Shown: piece after piece, positions 35,012-47,416 of the stretch
Layout: the number at the start of each line of letters is the position of its first letter
How positions within the stretch are numbered: position 1 is the first letter of the stretch
Source of the DNA: the human T2T-CHM13v2.0 reference genome, Homo sapiens
Assembly: GCF_009914755.1 (NCBI RefSeq)
Contig: NC_060925.1
DNA: 64,000 nt
Direction: 5' to 3' (one strand)
The notes under the pieces: generated by a model
Told to the model about the DNA's origin: nothing
Databases searched by the model: none
What the model saw: only the letters and a program-made list of their open reading frames with translations
Program-made: the position numbers and the translations under genes

Positions 35012-35526
35012 GCTAGTTATCTCAGATTTTCATTATTTTGCTTCTTACATCAGGTGTAATTATCACATGATTGTATATTGTGATTATGACCATCATTTGG
35101 GAATGGTGATCATTCAAAAGCAATTTTAAAGAAAGCAGTCTTGAAGCAAATTGTGCACAGATACACACATTAATAAAAGGCTTTGTGAAATACATCAAAG
35201 CAAGAGAAAAGAAATAAGCCTTTGGAGGAAAATGAGACAAAAATTTCCCTTTTTTTTCTATTGTTGTTTTCTTTTCCATTTCTTTTCCTCCTTGCCTTCT
35301 CCATCTCTATTTAGCTCTTCTACTGTTGCCTGTTACACCTGTTACACCTACTTTGTTGGGAGAAGGTGTCAATGACATTCAAACATGAAAAGTATCGCTG
35401 ACAAAACTGTAGTGGTGATGTAAATATCCAAGACAAGGATAACGTAAAAAAAAAATCAGCAAAAAAAAGTGGGCAAACAATAAAAGAAAGGTCAGATGAA
35501 AAGGAAAATGGGCACAAATGCTGTTA

Positions 35527-36112
35527 CCAAGATGGCAGAATAGAAGGTAACCTGCTCATTTCTCCCCAAAACAACAAAATGCTCAACATTACTAATCATA
35601 ACGGAAATGTAAATCAAGGCCACAATGAGACATCATCTCACCCCAGTTAGAATGCCTATTATCAAAGTATCAAAAAGACAAAAAATAACAAATGCTAGCA
35701 AGGATGCAGAGAAACGGGAACGCTTATAACTGTTGGTTATAAGAATGCAGAGTAGTACAGCAATTATGGACAACAAAATGAAGATTCTTCAAAAAACTAA
35801 TAGAACTGCCACATGATCCAGTAATCTCACTGCTAGGTATACATCCAAAGGAAAGAAAATTAGTATTTCAAAGAGGTATCTGCACTTTCATGTTTATAAC
35901 AGCATCATTTAGAATGGCCAAGATATGGAATTAACCTAAGTGTTCATCAATAGATGACTGGCTAAAGAAAATGTGATATGTATACACAACGGAATATTAT
36001 GGATCTGTAAAAATAATGAAATCGTGTTATTTGCAGCAACATGGATGGTTTCTCTTAACATAACAGTCATTATGTTAAGAAAAATAAGCCAGGCACAGAA
36101 AGGCAAATATAG
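35527..36112 (+). mobile_element. L1 (L1MA-type) 3' fragment preceded by an L1 5'-end-like piece
   Basis: aatgctcaacattactaatcat...catctcaccccagttagaatg...gcagcaacatggatgg; ccaagatggcagaatagaagg at 35527. Confidence 0.85.
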
Positions 36113-36435
36113 TCTGAAAAACCTTTAGTCTTTGTAAGCTTTAATAAGCATAAAAATCTTCAAACTTTCTCAAACTTGTATAGGCATGTAGCAGGCTACA
36201 AAAATTACACAGGCTGCAAGGAGTGTATATTTCTGAAGTTACATAGGTAATGATGGCTTGAGAAGAAGCTTGAGTGGAAAGACAGGGGCTACAGAAGACA
36301 GTGGAAAAGGGAGCTCCTCAAGATGGCAAGGAATAGTCAATGAACTTCACAATATTTTTCATATTGTTGTTATGAACTAGTTATCCTTCCGTGTTTTTAG
36401 CTCTTTTGATTTCTCATTGAAGGACAGTGTTGTGG

Positions 36436-37546
36436 TGATGGGATTCAGGACATGCTACTCCAAAATATGTCAGCTTGACATGTGAGAAAATAGCAGCAGC
36501 AGGATGGACTCTAACCTTCTCTCACCCCTTCTTCCCTGAAGCAGGCCATAAAATTTAGCTGACCTTCCACTGAAATTAGGTCATAAGATCCTCATTCCAG
36601 AGGGCTCCCCCTCTACTCAGAGGAGGGCAATGTCCTCATATCTGAAGACAAAGAGATGCCAAGAAGATCTGAAAAATAGGCCTTGCTAAGTCACCTCCCT
36701 AATTTATTACCATGATACCCCCTTTGTCCAATAATAATTCTGTACAGCTGTCCATGCCTAGGCATACAAATACACAGATTCCCTGTTTCTTTGAGTCTTT
36801 ATTTCTGAAGACATTTGTCACATAAGATTTATGTTCAATACATTTGTTATATTTTTCTCTTGTTAATCTGTCTTTTGTTACAGGGACCTCTGCCATGAAC
36901 CTTGCAATGGGTGAGAAATTTTTTCTCCCCTATTGGAGCTCAGAAACTAATACCCCAAAATATAGTGCCTTGACATGCTGAACAGAATAAGAAGCCTCTC
37001 AAGATCCCTCTGACTCCCCACCGTCCTACAACCTCCTGTCAGTCCTCTCTCTCCCAAAGCACAGGATGAAGTTGTTCTCTGAAGTTCCCTTATTGGCCTA
37101 AAGTCTGGACCTGCCAAAGAAGAAAACAATTACTCTGGTCTCTTCTTTGAGTTTTCATTAACTAAGCTCACATCACAGGAAGCAAGACTGAAGTCTGTCA
37201 ACACACCTGAACAGACTTTTGTCACAAACCATTGTCTGCTCTGTGGGCCCAACCGATTTTGTCCCAGGCCATATTATATGTTCCTCAAGTCTATTGAATT
37301 TCCCTGAAGATCATTTACTATGTGTCCCCCCAAAATCATTCATACCTCCCGTCTCCCTTTCCTCTAGAAAGAAAGTATATAACCATGTGTACCCCATTGC
37401 ATGGTGGGGCAATCACTTGGTGATTCTCTCGCATGCACACTAATAAATTTGCATGCCATTTCTGCTATTAATCTGCCTTTTGTGAGTTTCAGCAAACCTC
37501 TGGAGGGCAAAGGGAAAATTTTATCCTTACCCCTATATCCCCTACA
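36436..37546 (+). mobile_element. MER4-group ERV1 solo LTR (36436-36930 + 37538-37546) with a second MER4D-like LTR nested at 36931-37537
   Basis: tgatgggattcaggacatgctactccaaaatatg... and tattggagctcagaaactaataccccaaaatat...; both end in cccta(c/t)a; inner TSD tcccc. Confidence 0.8.
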
Positions 37547-37821
37547 GTAGATATTCTTCACTAAGTAGCTACTTTCAGAAAATCTTTACAGAGTATTACT
37601 TCTGATACCAGTGGAAACCATATATTAATATTTATTAGAATGCAAGGTCTACAAGGAAAACATCAAAGCTTAATCGTCACAAAAGTAAAGTAATTGGGAA
37701 TAATACAGTTTAACATTCCACACCTATCCCTATAAATCCTACTTCTTAAACATGAATGAAGACCACTTAGTAGCAAAATAAAAGTGTGAAAGTGTGTAAG
37801 CAGCCAAGCTGGTGTTTATTT

Positions 37822-38127
<306 letters not shown>

Positions 38128-38464
38128 GTGATTTAAAATCTTAATTGTATTTCTAAAGGTGAAGGTCTCACCTGTGAAGGTGCAAGGGCATCTACTTATA
38201 GATAGATGGAAACAATATTCATAATTGTTTGGAAGAATAAAAATCCATGTAACCCTCAGCCAACAGTAACTATAGAAAATGCTACTGATTATTTAAATAT
38301 TGGAAATAGAGATCAGTTTTCTAATCCTAAAAATCTCCTTGCACCCAGAATACAAATATGGAAAGATAATTAAATACTGTGTTAGCTGTCATACCAGTAA
38401 ATATTACTGATTAAAAAAAAACCTTGATTGGAAGATTTACCATATCATTCATGGAACATTATTT

Positions 38465-38858
38465 GATAGGGCTGCCATAACAAAGTAATATCGACTGGGT
38501 GTTTTAAACAATATAGATTTATTGCCTTACAGTCATGGAGGCAAGAAGTCTGAAATAAAGATGTTGTCAAGATTGGTTCCTTCTGAGGACTGTAAATGAA
38601 AGATCTGTTCCAGGCCTTTCTCCTTGGCTTATGGAAGACTATCTTCTGTTTCCCTTCACATTGCCTTCCTTTAATGTGTGTCTGTCTGTATATCTAAATT
38701 CACCCTTTTAATAAAAATGTCAGTGAGCCATAAATTAGAACCCACACTATGGTCTCCTTTGAAGTTGACTGCCTCTCTCTAAAGACCACATCTGTAAGAG
38801 TTAGGACCCCAGCACAACTTTTTTTTTTTTGGATGGGGCATGAGATTCAACCCACGAG
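38465..38858 (-). mobile_element. MaLR LTR (MLT1-like)
   Basis: agggctgccataacaaagta...gactgggtg...aagtctgaaataaagatgttg...attcaacccac. Confidence 0.8.
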
Positions 38859-39061
38859 ACTATAAAAGACTAAAAAGTTTCTACATTTTTAAATTTTTAA
38901 GTTTCTGAAATTAACTTTAACATAATATGGTAACAAGTGGATCAAAGAATTTTCCACAGCTTTATAACATTCAAACTATTTATTTTAATCCCACTTCCTC
39001 CAGCCTTCCTATCCCTGAATAATTTGGAAATATGTTGATGTATTGAGTTTCTTTTTTCTTC

Positions 39062-39520
39062 ATGGGAAAAATCTAAAAGACATAAGGACAAATGCAAATC
39101 TTAAAAAAAAAAAAAATACCCTGATGACAAAAGTCCCTTCCCTTTTCCTTGGAGCATTTTCTTTAGAAAACTTGTAATTGTAAATCCTTTCTCTGTCAAA
39201 AACTTGTAACTGGAAATCCTTTCTCTGTCCCTGAGATGGATGCAAATCTCTGAAAAGCTGAATAAACCTCTAGCCAGTTTTGCATTCCAGGAATGTTTTT
39301 CTTGTGGGCCTTGGGGTATCTTTTTGAAATGTGAACATCAAGGAGGAAGGCAACTTGTGTCTCTCTCTTTGGGAGTTTAGCCTAGATACCTGGTATTAAA
39401 TTGTGCCTTCTTGCCTGCTGCAAAAATATTAAGTTTTATTTTTCCTTTGGATAAAGAGATATATGTAATTGACTGGCATATATACCTCATATTTTTCTTC
39501 TTTTTCCCTAATGCAATAAG
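39062..39520 (+). mobile_element. MER34/MER39-like ERV1 LTR fragment
   Basis: gagcattttctttagaaaacttgtaattgtaaatcctttctctgtc...ttttgaaatgtgaacatcaagg; includes a ~31-bp tandem duplication. Confidence 0.6.
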
Positions 39521-40444
39521 CACACAAGCATGTCAATACAAATGCTCACAAATACTGAAATTACCTTCCACAATTATGACCTTGCTACGTCAACTGACTC
39601 GTCAACAACTAGAATGCACAGAATGAAATATTTATTAGTGACAATATCAACAAATATAAAATGTATCGTTATGCTTTTAGTACCATTTATTTGAGTACTA
39701 ATTATATGTCAAATGCAGGGCTAAGTGTTTTGCATAGATTATGTGCTGTAATCTTTATAATGACCCTACTATTTAAAATAGCTCCTACCACTATTTTCCA
39801 CATAAGAATCCCAAGGCTACGAAATAATTTATCCAGTTTCCATTTCTCAAAAGCAGTGGTGAATTGGACCAATCTGACTACAGATCCTGGCTTCTTCATC
39901 ACAAGTGATTCTACCTCACTTCCCATGAAGGAGGCTGTACTACTACATCATGCCAGCACGGATTCCTGCTGGTTTTCTGATTATTTGGTTTGCTTTCAAG
40001 TCTGAGTCAATTTAGCCCTGCTTGCCATCTTTTTTTATGTTGCTAAAGCAACGTGGCATAGTGGAAATTTTCTGTCCTGAATATTAATAGCCTTACATAT
40101 GCCTTGCTGAATTGAACTGGTAGCTGTATAATCTTGGGAGAGGTATCTATCTAGTCTCAAACTCAGTTTCCACATCTGGAAGCAGGGCACAACAACAATT
40201 TCCCTGTGGCCATAAAAAAGCAGGGTAAGGCTCTATAAACATCACGTGTGTGACTAGCTTTGGATAAATCAATAGATGAGGGTACAGACACAACCTTACT
40301 CAACAATATGTTTCCCAGGAATTAGGACAGCATCTGGTCTGTCATAATTGGTAATTAAAAGAAATAACTAACCAAAAAATATAAGGCATCATTTTCTCTA
40401 CCTCTTATATTGTTATAAGAAATGAAAACAGCCTAGATTTAACT

Positions 40445-40606
40445 ATTTATTTATTTTTAGAAATGGGATCTCACTATGCCACCCAGGCTGGAGTGCACTG
40501 CCATGATCATAGCTCACTGCAGCGTCGAAATTTTGGGCTCAAGGAATCCTCCTGTCTCAGCTTCCCAGGTCACTCTGATTATAGGCACGAGCCGCCACAC
40601 CCAGGT
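40445..40606 (-). mobile_element. Alu monomer (FRAM/AluJ right arm)
   Basis: cccaggctggagtgcactgccatgatcatagctcactgcag...aggcacgagccgccacaccc. Confidence 0.85.
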
Positions 40607-41300
40607 TAACACATTTTACATGTATAAGACTGGGTCTTTTTTTTCCTTTCACATCTAATTCTCTCAGTACACTACTATTTAGTAGTAAGTAAAAGCTGAG
40701 TGCAAAAACCATCTACACCCACACTCAGCCTGTATACTGAAAATGGAAACCAAATCTTTCTGACCATATAACATTACTTTGCAATTCCATTGTCTCTATT
40801 AGCATTATCCGGATCTCTTCCCAATCCCAGTCAAGTCCCTGTTTTGAAATATCATCATTAAATTAAATTCCAGTTCTCAGTATATTTTGACCTTGTTTTC
40901 CTCCCTCTGAGACCTTGCCAAACTTCTACTGGGGAGGTAGTCTCCCCTACCTAGGTAAGCAATAAACTTAGCTTTATGTCAGGTTGTATTGGTGACATCT
41001 GGGAAGCCAGCATTTTCATGACATAGCAAGTAAGTGAGTATACACATTTCTGTTGCATTTAATTCTTTCACAAATCATGTGTTTAATACTTAATAATAAT
41101 AGAACAAAATATCTCCATCATATTTACCTGTGATATAAATCGTTCAAATCTGTCAATTCACATTTTTAAAAAAATTATCAATTAGAATTTCATCTCCCAA
41201 ATAAAAATTCAAAACAGCATTTTAGTTTTACTATCTCATGGCATTTTTTTTATATATTTACAGAGTTAATTTCTGAATAAAGATGGTTAAATCTAATTTA

Positions 41301-41462
<162 letters not shown>

Positions 41463-44400
41463 CTAACAATCCAATATGGTATTTTTTATAACAACATATT
41501 TATGAGTGAGTGATTCCTAGCCTTGGGCATAAAACTATATCCAATTACAACAGCAGGCAGTGCCACATAAAATCTTCTATACAATGCAGGAAAAATGAAA
41601 CACTATTTCCCGAAGAATATTTTAACAGACATTTTAGCACAATAAGAAAAATAAATTCAGTAATTTGGCTTTTTTTAGACATTTTCTCTTTACAATTATG
41701 GAACAACATAGAAGAAACTCATAAAGCTGATTTAAGAAGTTACAAGGTTACTTTGTGGATGGTATTGAAACAGAAATCTATAAAGATAAATAAGCTGATT
41801 GGCAAAAATTTCACATAATGAGCTTCTTGTCTACTATGTGAGCTCTTTCATGTCCTATGGCTCCTTATTCTCATAGTGGGCAATTTTTAAATGTCAAATC
41901 TTGCTACAACAAACTTCTGAGATGAGGAAATAATTTATGTAAAACTTCATTGTAATTAATTGGGGCCAAGGCTAAAGCATTGATAGTGTTCCCCAAAAGT
42001 ATCCTGAAATTTTTTTTCACAGGTCCCATGGCTTCATATTAGCTTTCTTCCCATTTGACACTCTCTCAAATATATACCAAAATGAGCACACATACGTACA
42101 CGCTCACACAAGATTTCTTTCCCCCAGAGAAAAGGGGCAGGATGATACCACAATAAATACTTTTTATTTTTGCTGTTGTTCATGATCTGATCCTTACCTG
42201 ATATCTATGCATCCCTGGTAGCTTTCCTTGTTAAATATTTTGGTATTCTCTGTGGCAGCCACTTCTGTGATAATCACCTTTGTTTTTCATATGATATGTC
42301 TTTAAACTAAGTTATGACCACTTAAAATTCCCATCACTAGGTTGAACTCATCCCTTGAACTCAGGGACTAAAACTGACTGCAAATATGCAGAATATAAAC
42401 AGCCTGTTTGTGTGGCTCAGGAACAAATCAGCTCCTTCTGCTCTCAATTTATGAATTTATGAATTTATGCTCATTCAGTCATGAGGGTGCTGTTACTTCC
42501 ATGTGCCCGAGTGCTTGATGTGGTACATGCTTCTTTTAAGATGGGAGCCCTGTCCTTGAGCTCCAGCATTACAGACGAGTTTTTACCTTTCCTCAGGTCC
42601 AACTCTGGAAGGTTGATGGATGATTTGCCAGGAATGCTCCCTCCTGCTGGGGAGAGTGTGCCCACCCTACTGCTCTGCAGCAAGCAGGGCCTTTCTTAGC
42701 CTTCAGACCAGGCTTCTCTGATTATCTGCCTCTCAGGTGTGTTTACATTGGGCTTTAGTCACCATTCAGGTTAAGACACTAACACATTCTTAAGAAGAGT
42801 TTTGGTTTTTTTTTGTTTGCTTGCTTTTTTTTTTTTAGAGTTGTCTGTAAAACCTAACACGCCCTCTTGGCCATTAGCACAAATGGACTAACATTGGGCC
42901 TTACCTAATCAAGGCCTTTGAGAGCTAGGATATCATTGGGTATTTTGTGAAATCTTTTAATAAAATTCACAAATTATAAGTATATACGTATTTTTCTAGG
43001 GGTAATAAATTGTGGCTGACTAAACAATCCTAGTTCTTAATCTTCGTTTTGGTAATAAATACTACTGTAGTTATTGATTCAGGTAAATTGTAGTAATTGT
43101 TATTAAAATAATATCAGGAAAACAACAACCACGATATAATTTCTTTTGCTGACTTTTAATGTTAAAAATACAGTAATTTTATTTGTGCAACTGATAACTT
43201 TTTCAATAGTTCTGTGACCTTAAATTCATTACAGAAACTCTAAATATCAGATTCTGCAAAGAAAGGATGTAGCAAAGCATGAAGCTAGTGGCTACATACA
43301 AAAGGTACTGTTTCTTAGTTAAATCGGTTATTACTATTTTCTTAGTTTTTAAAATTTTTCTGATGTTATTTCTGCCTGAAATGCCATTTCTTTTCTGTTT
43401 ACTTTTCTCCTGAATCTCTATACTACGAAATCACTACCAATATTTAAAGTGGCTCTCAAATCCATTCAAGATGAAACTTAAAAAATTTTTAAACTCAGAA
43501 TCATTCTCTCCAGTTTGGCTGCCCAGTATCTGATTTATTGATTACACTACCTGTTGGCTTCTCTAGCTACCTGGTTGGTTTTATTCATGCCTTAGCTCTC
43601 CTAATAAATCATAACAACTAGAAAGCATGGTTTCCCTCTCAAGTGACTATAACCTTATATTCCTTTAATTAACAAATCTTTGTTAAACAATTTCTCAATT
43701 CATGTTTGTGCATTTGAGATTAAATCTTGATGAAGAGGGCACTGAATTTAATTAGAATAGTTTATGGAGAAACATTGTATTATCCATATTTCACATGATT
43801 TTCTTTTAGCAGCTCTATTCTCACTCAAAAGTCACCCATGATAGTGCATTCAATAAATAAAAGTTATTTTCTCAAAAACTCTTTAAAAATTAGAAAAGTG
43901 GCCTGATGGAAAAAAAATGTCAATTGACTTTTGGCTGGCAAACTCCATCTGGTAGGCCTGGGAAATGCCACCAACTGCCAAATTTCATACCATATGGGAG
44001 TTTCAAAGTATTTATTTAAGAAATATTTTAAAATAACAATGTCACTAAAGATATTCACCATATATGGTTGTCACAGACAAAATTCCATCATCTGGGGAAA
44101 TAGAAACTAAAATGAAAAATAGGACAAAAATGAATCAATGAGCACAAAGCCCTATAAACTCATGCAGACAACAAATCCCACATTCATGCACTGAACTTTA
44201 AAAAGAAAAATTAACGGATCTAAGGTTCTCCTCTTTGTCTTTTCCTCTTTTTTTTCTCTCCGATGGGTAACACACATCCATAAAACAATAACTATAAAGC
44301 ACGGCTCTAAGAGTTGTCTATGTAAGATTAACTCATGTAATCTTCACATCAGGTAGGAACCCTCTTGTGTTTCCATCTGTATCCTCTCCTTCCCCAGGAA

Positions 44401-44699
44401 GAGCTGAGGGTGCCTGTCTCAACCCTGACTCTATCTTTTCAGTGTCTTTAGATGTGTACTGGTCTGTGCCAAGCTGTGAGGAGAGATAAGCCCTCTAGGA
44501 CAAGTCTTGTGGTTGTCCAGTATGTCTCCTCACCATGGTTCTCAAGGGTGGATTTTAAAAGCCCACTTTTGCCTACACCAAAGTCACATCTTCCTGCCTA
44601 ATATTTTTATCTCTATCTGCCTGACTTCTTTGGATCTCAATAGTTTCTAACTTGTGTTAGAAATTGAAAGGGTCACATCACCTCTTCAAACTACAAAAA

Positions 44700-44830
44700 A
44701 CTACTCTATGATTTACCTCCAATTATTAGTTTATAGATGAGGAAACTGAGGACCAAAGAGACAAAATAGTATGTTCAAGGTAACATTCTAGTAGGTGGCA
44801 GGGCCTGGGTCACACCACAGCATTAGGTTC
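44700..44830 (-). mobile_element. MIR
   Basis: tttatagatgaggaaactgagg...caaggtaaca...ctagtaggtggcag. Confidence 0.75.
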
Positions 44831-45670
44831 TGAAGCTTCCCCCACCATTATAATAAAGAGGAAGATAGACCAGTGTAAGGAGACACAGATGATCCAAATA
44901 AAATAAATTATTAACAATATCTAGCAATGGATTCATGTTTCCTATATTAAAAATCAACTCTTTTAAAAATAACGTTTTATAAATTACTTCAATTTAGCCT
45001 TAATGAATAATTATCAAGTTTTTACTATTAGAAATTTCTGGTCTCCAGGAGATAGATAAACACATAAAGTAAGATTCCTGACTTTAAACACTATAATATA
45101 ATAGATGAAACAATAAAAATTCACCAATTATAAGGATATATGTATTTTTCTAGGGGTGATACATTTTGGCTAACAAAACACTCCTAGATTAAGTAGCATT
45201 AAGACACTAGTGAATGGATAAATTATGAAGAACATTTAGGACAGTGTTGAGATATCAGGCTAGAGATAGAATTTATGAGGAAAACGTAGCTACAAACTAA
45301 TGAAAATCAAGTTTAACTTTTGGAACATTTTTATTTCCCTTAAAAATATGTATTTTATCTTTGATATAAACCAGTATTCTCACTTTGAATCAAGTTGTGG
45401 TTACCTGGATTCTTTGGTTTATTATTCTTTTATAACACATTTTATCAAATAGAAATATACACATATATGTAGCTAGAAGTATTTGGGGTCTTAATAAAAG
45501 TGAGTGAAAATATGGTTGAGTGACCCAGTCCTTGTATTTGAGTGGCTTCTGGAGTTGAAATTAAATAAGACAACATAATTTACGTGATGTGCCTCCCATT
45601 TCTGTTCTACATAAATGAACCTACAACATTTATGTTATTTTGGACTGAGAAACTGAAAGTATTAGCTAAG

Positions 45671-45688
45671 CCTGCCACCTAGTGAAAA
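45671..45688 (-). promoter_or_regulatory. Candidate CTCF motif
   Basis: Minus strand TCACTAGGTGGCAGG vs core CCASYAGRKGGCR (one mismatch); motif match only. Confidence 0.35.
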
Positions 45689-46899
45689 ATCTAGAACTAA
45701 TACTTACATAATGAAACACTGTATGTTAACCCCCTTTATATCCATAGACTATTACTTGTATTCAGTTATAATATTTTATATTTACAAATTTGGTTGTCTA
45801 ATAGATTTATTTAGTCTCCTTTGAAACACTAACACCATAAATCTATTTCTGGGTCTTAATATAAGCTAAACACATTTTGCATGTAGAACATTTTAGAATT
45901 AAAATGAAATAATACGTCTCTTTTCCCTGGGCACTAGAAACATAATAGAGCAATACTGTAATTAAAAAAAGAAGATATAGTTTGTTCTATTTAAAACTTT
46001 TCTACAATTACTTCGTGTTCTGACTCAGTGATGTAAATATAATTGTGGAGATGTGTAAAATATCTATGGAAGAGTTCTCTGCCTGCATTAATTTATTCAA
46101 TAAATATTTTTACTAACCAATATAAAGATGAAAAACACACCATATATTCTATTTCACAGGCTACTGGGGGAACTCTGAAACTAGCTGTATTTGTATCATA
46201 AAGCAAAAAACACAAATATAAGAATATTGGAAAATGTTTATGACACATTATTCAAAATATTACCTACTGAGCTATATATTACACTATAAATTCTGATTTG
46301 CCATGGTAGCTGGAAATAATGTTTTTAATTAACAGGGGGTATACATTAATAGGAGGTATACAGACACACTTAGATACACATAAAACACTACTTGGGATTT
46401 TTGGACTGCAATTGACTATCAACACTAAAACAAGTATAAATGTATGTAATCTTTCATAAATAATTTTAAAATACTTCAGGGAGTCTGAGTTAGTAATAAA
46501 TGACAGTATGATAAATATAAGGAATCCTCTGTATTCAAAAATCTTATCCATGTAAACCATCACCAATCTAAACATTAAAAGTGGTTTTCACTATATAAAG
46601 ATATCAATCTTGTATTTATACATGTTGAGTATTTTAAATTATTTACTTATGGTTATATTATTTAGAAATCTGTCATTTTCCATGTGCATGTACATGTTGT
46701 TTCCTTCGTAAGATTATGACTACTTGTGCCAATCTAAGACAATATTCTTTTCTTTAAAAAAACAGAAACAAATAAACAAAACTTGCCCTTCTATGCTCTT
46801 ATAGTTGTGGCAATACAGAAGTCTTTTAACTGGTCGGCTCTCACCCACTCTTTCTTTTCCTGAAACAATTCTCTACATTGTACCTGCAGTTATCTTTTA

Positions 46900-47416
46900 A
46901 AATTTCTTTATTCTTCAATGATTTCCTATTATTCTTAAAATTCAGACCAACATATGAACATACTTTACAAAGCCATGAAAATATGGCTTCTAAATTCCAT
47001 TTCAGCCTCCTCGCACCAGTCTTCCTCTTGCTCTGCTCCAAGTCCTTGAATAGTCACTACCAGGATCTCAGAGCTTCGTATATGCTGCCGCCATATGGAA
47101 TGTGCTGTACCCATCCTTTTGCCCATTTAGTCTCTCTTCACTTTTCAGGTAAAAGATTATCAGTTCCTCAGGAAGACATTCCCTGACCCATGGGACTAGA
47201 GCAAATATTCTTATTATCTGAGTCTATATACAATTCTACATATTTTCCCCAATAATTGCCACAGTTATAATTCTCTAATTAAAATTTTAAATGACTGGCT
47301 TAATACCTTCTCTGTTAGACTATTAGTATTCAAAGGCCACCAGCTATGTCCACCTTGTTCATCACTGCAGCCACAGCATCCTGTACAATCCTGACACTTA
47401 CTAGATGCTCAATAAA
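46900..47416 (+). mobile_element. L2 3' fragment
   Basis: cagttcctcaggaagacattccctgac...ttgttcatcactg...tagatgctcaataaa. Confidence 0.65.

Noticed and set aside
42471-42699. Overlapping ORFs on both strands in a GC-richer patch
   Set aside because: No recognisable protein similarity or splice frame with KCNT2; probably an old repeat fragment or chance.
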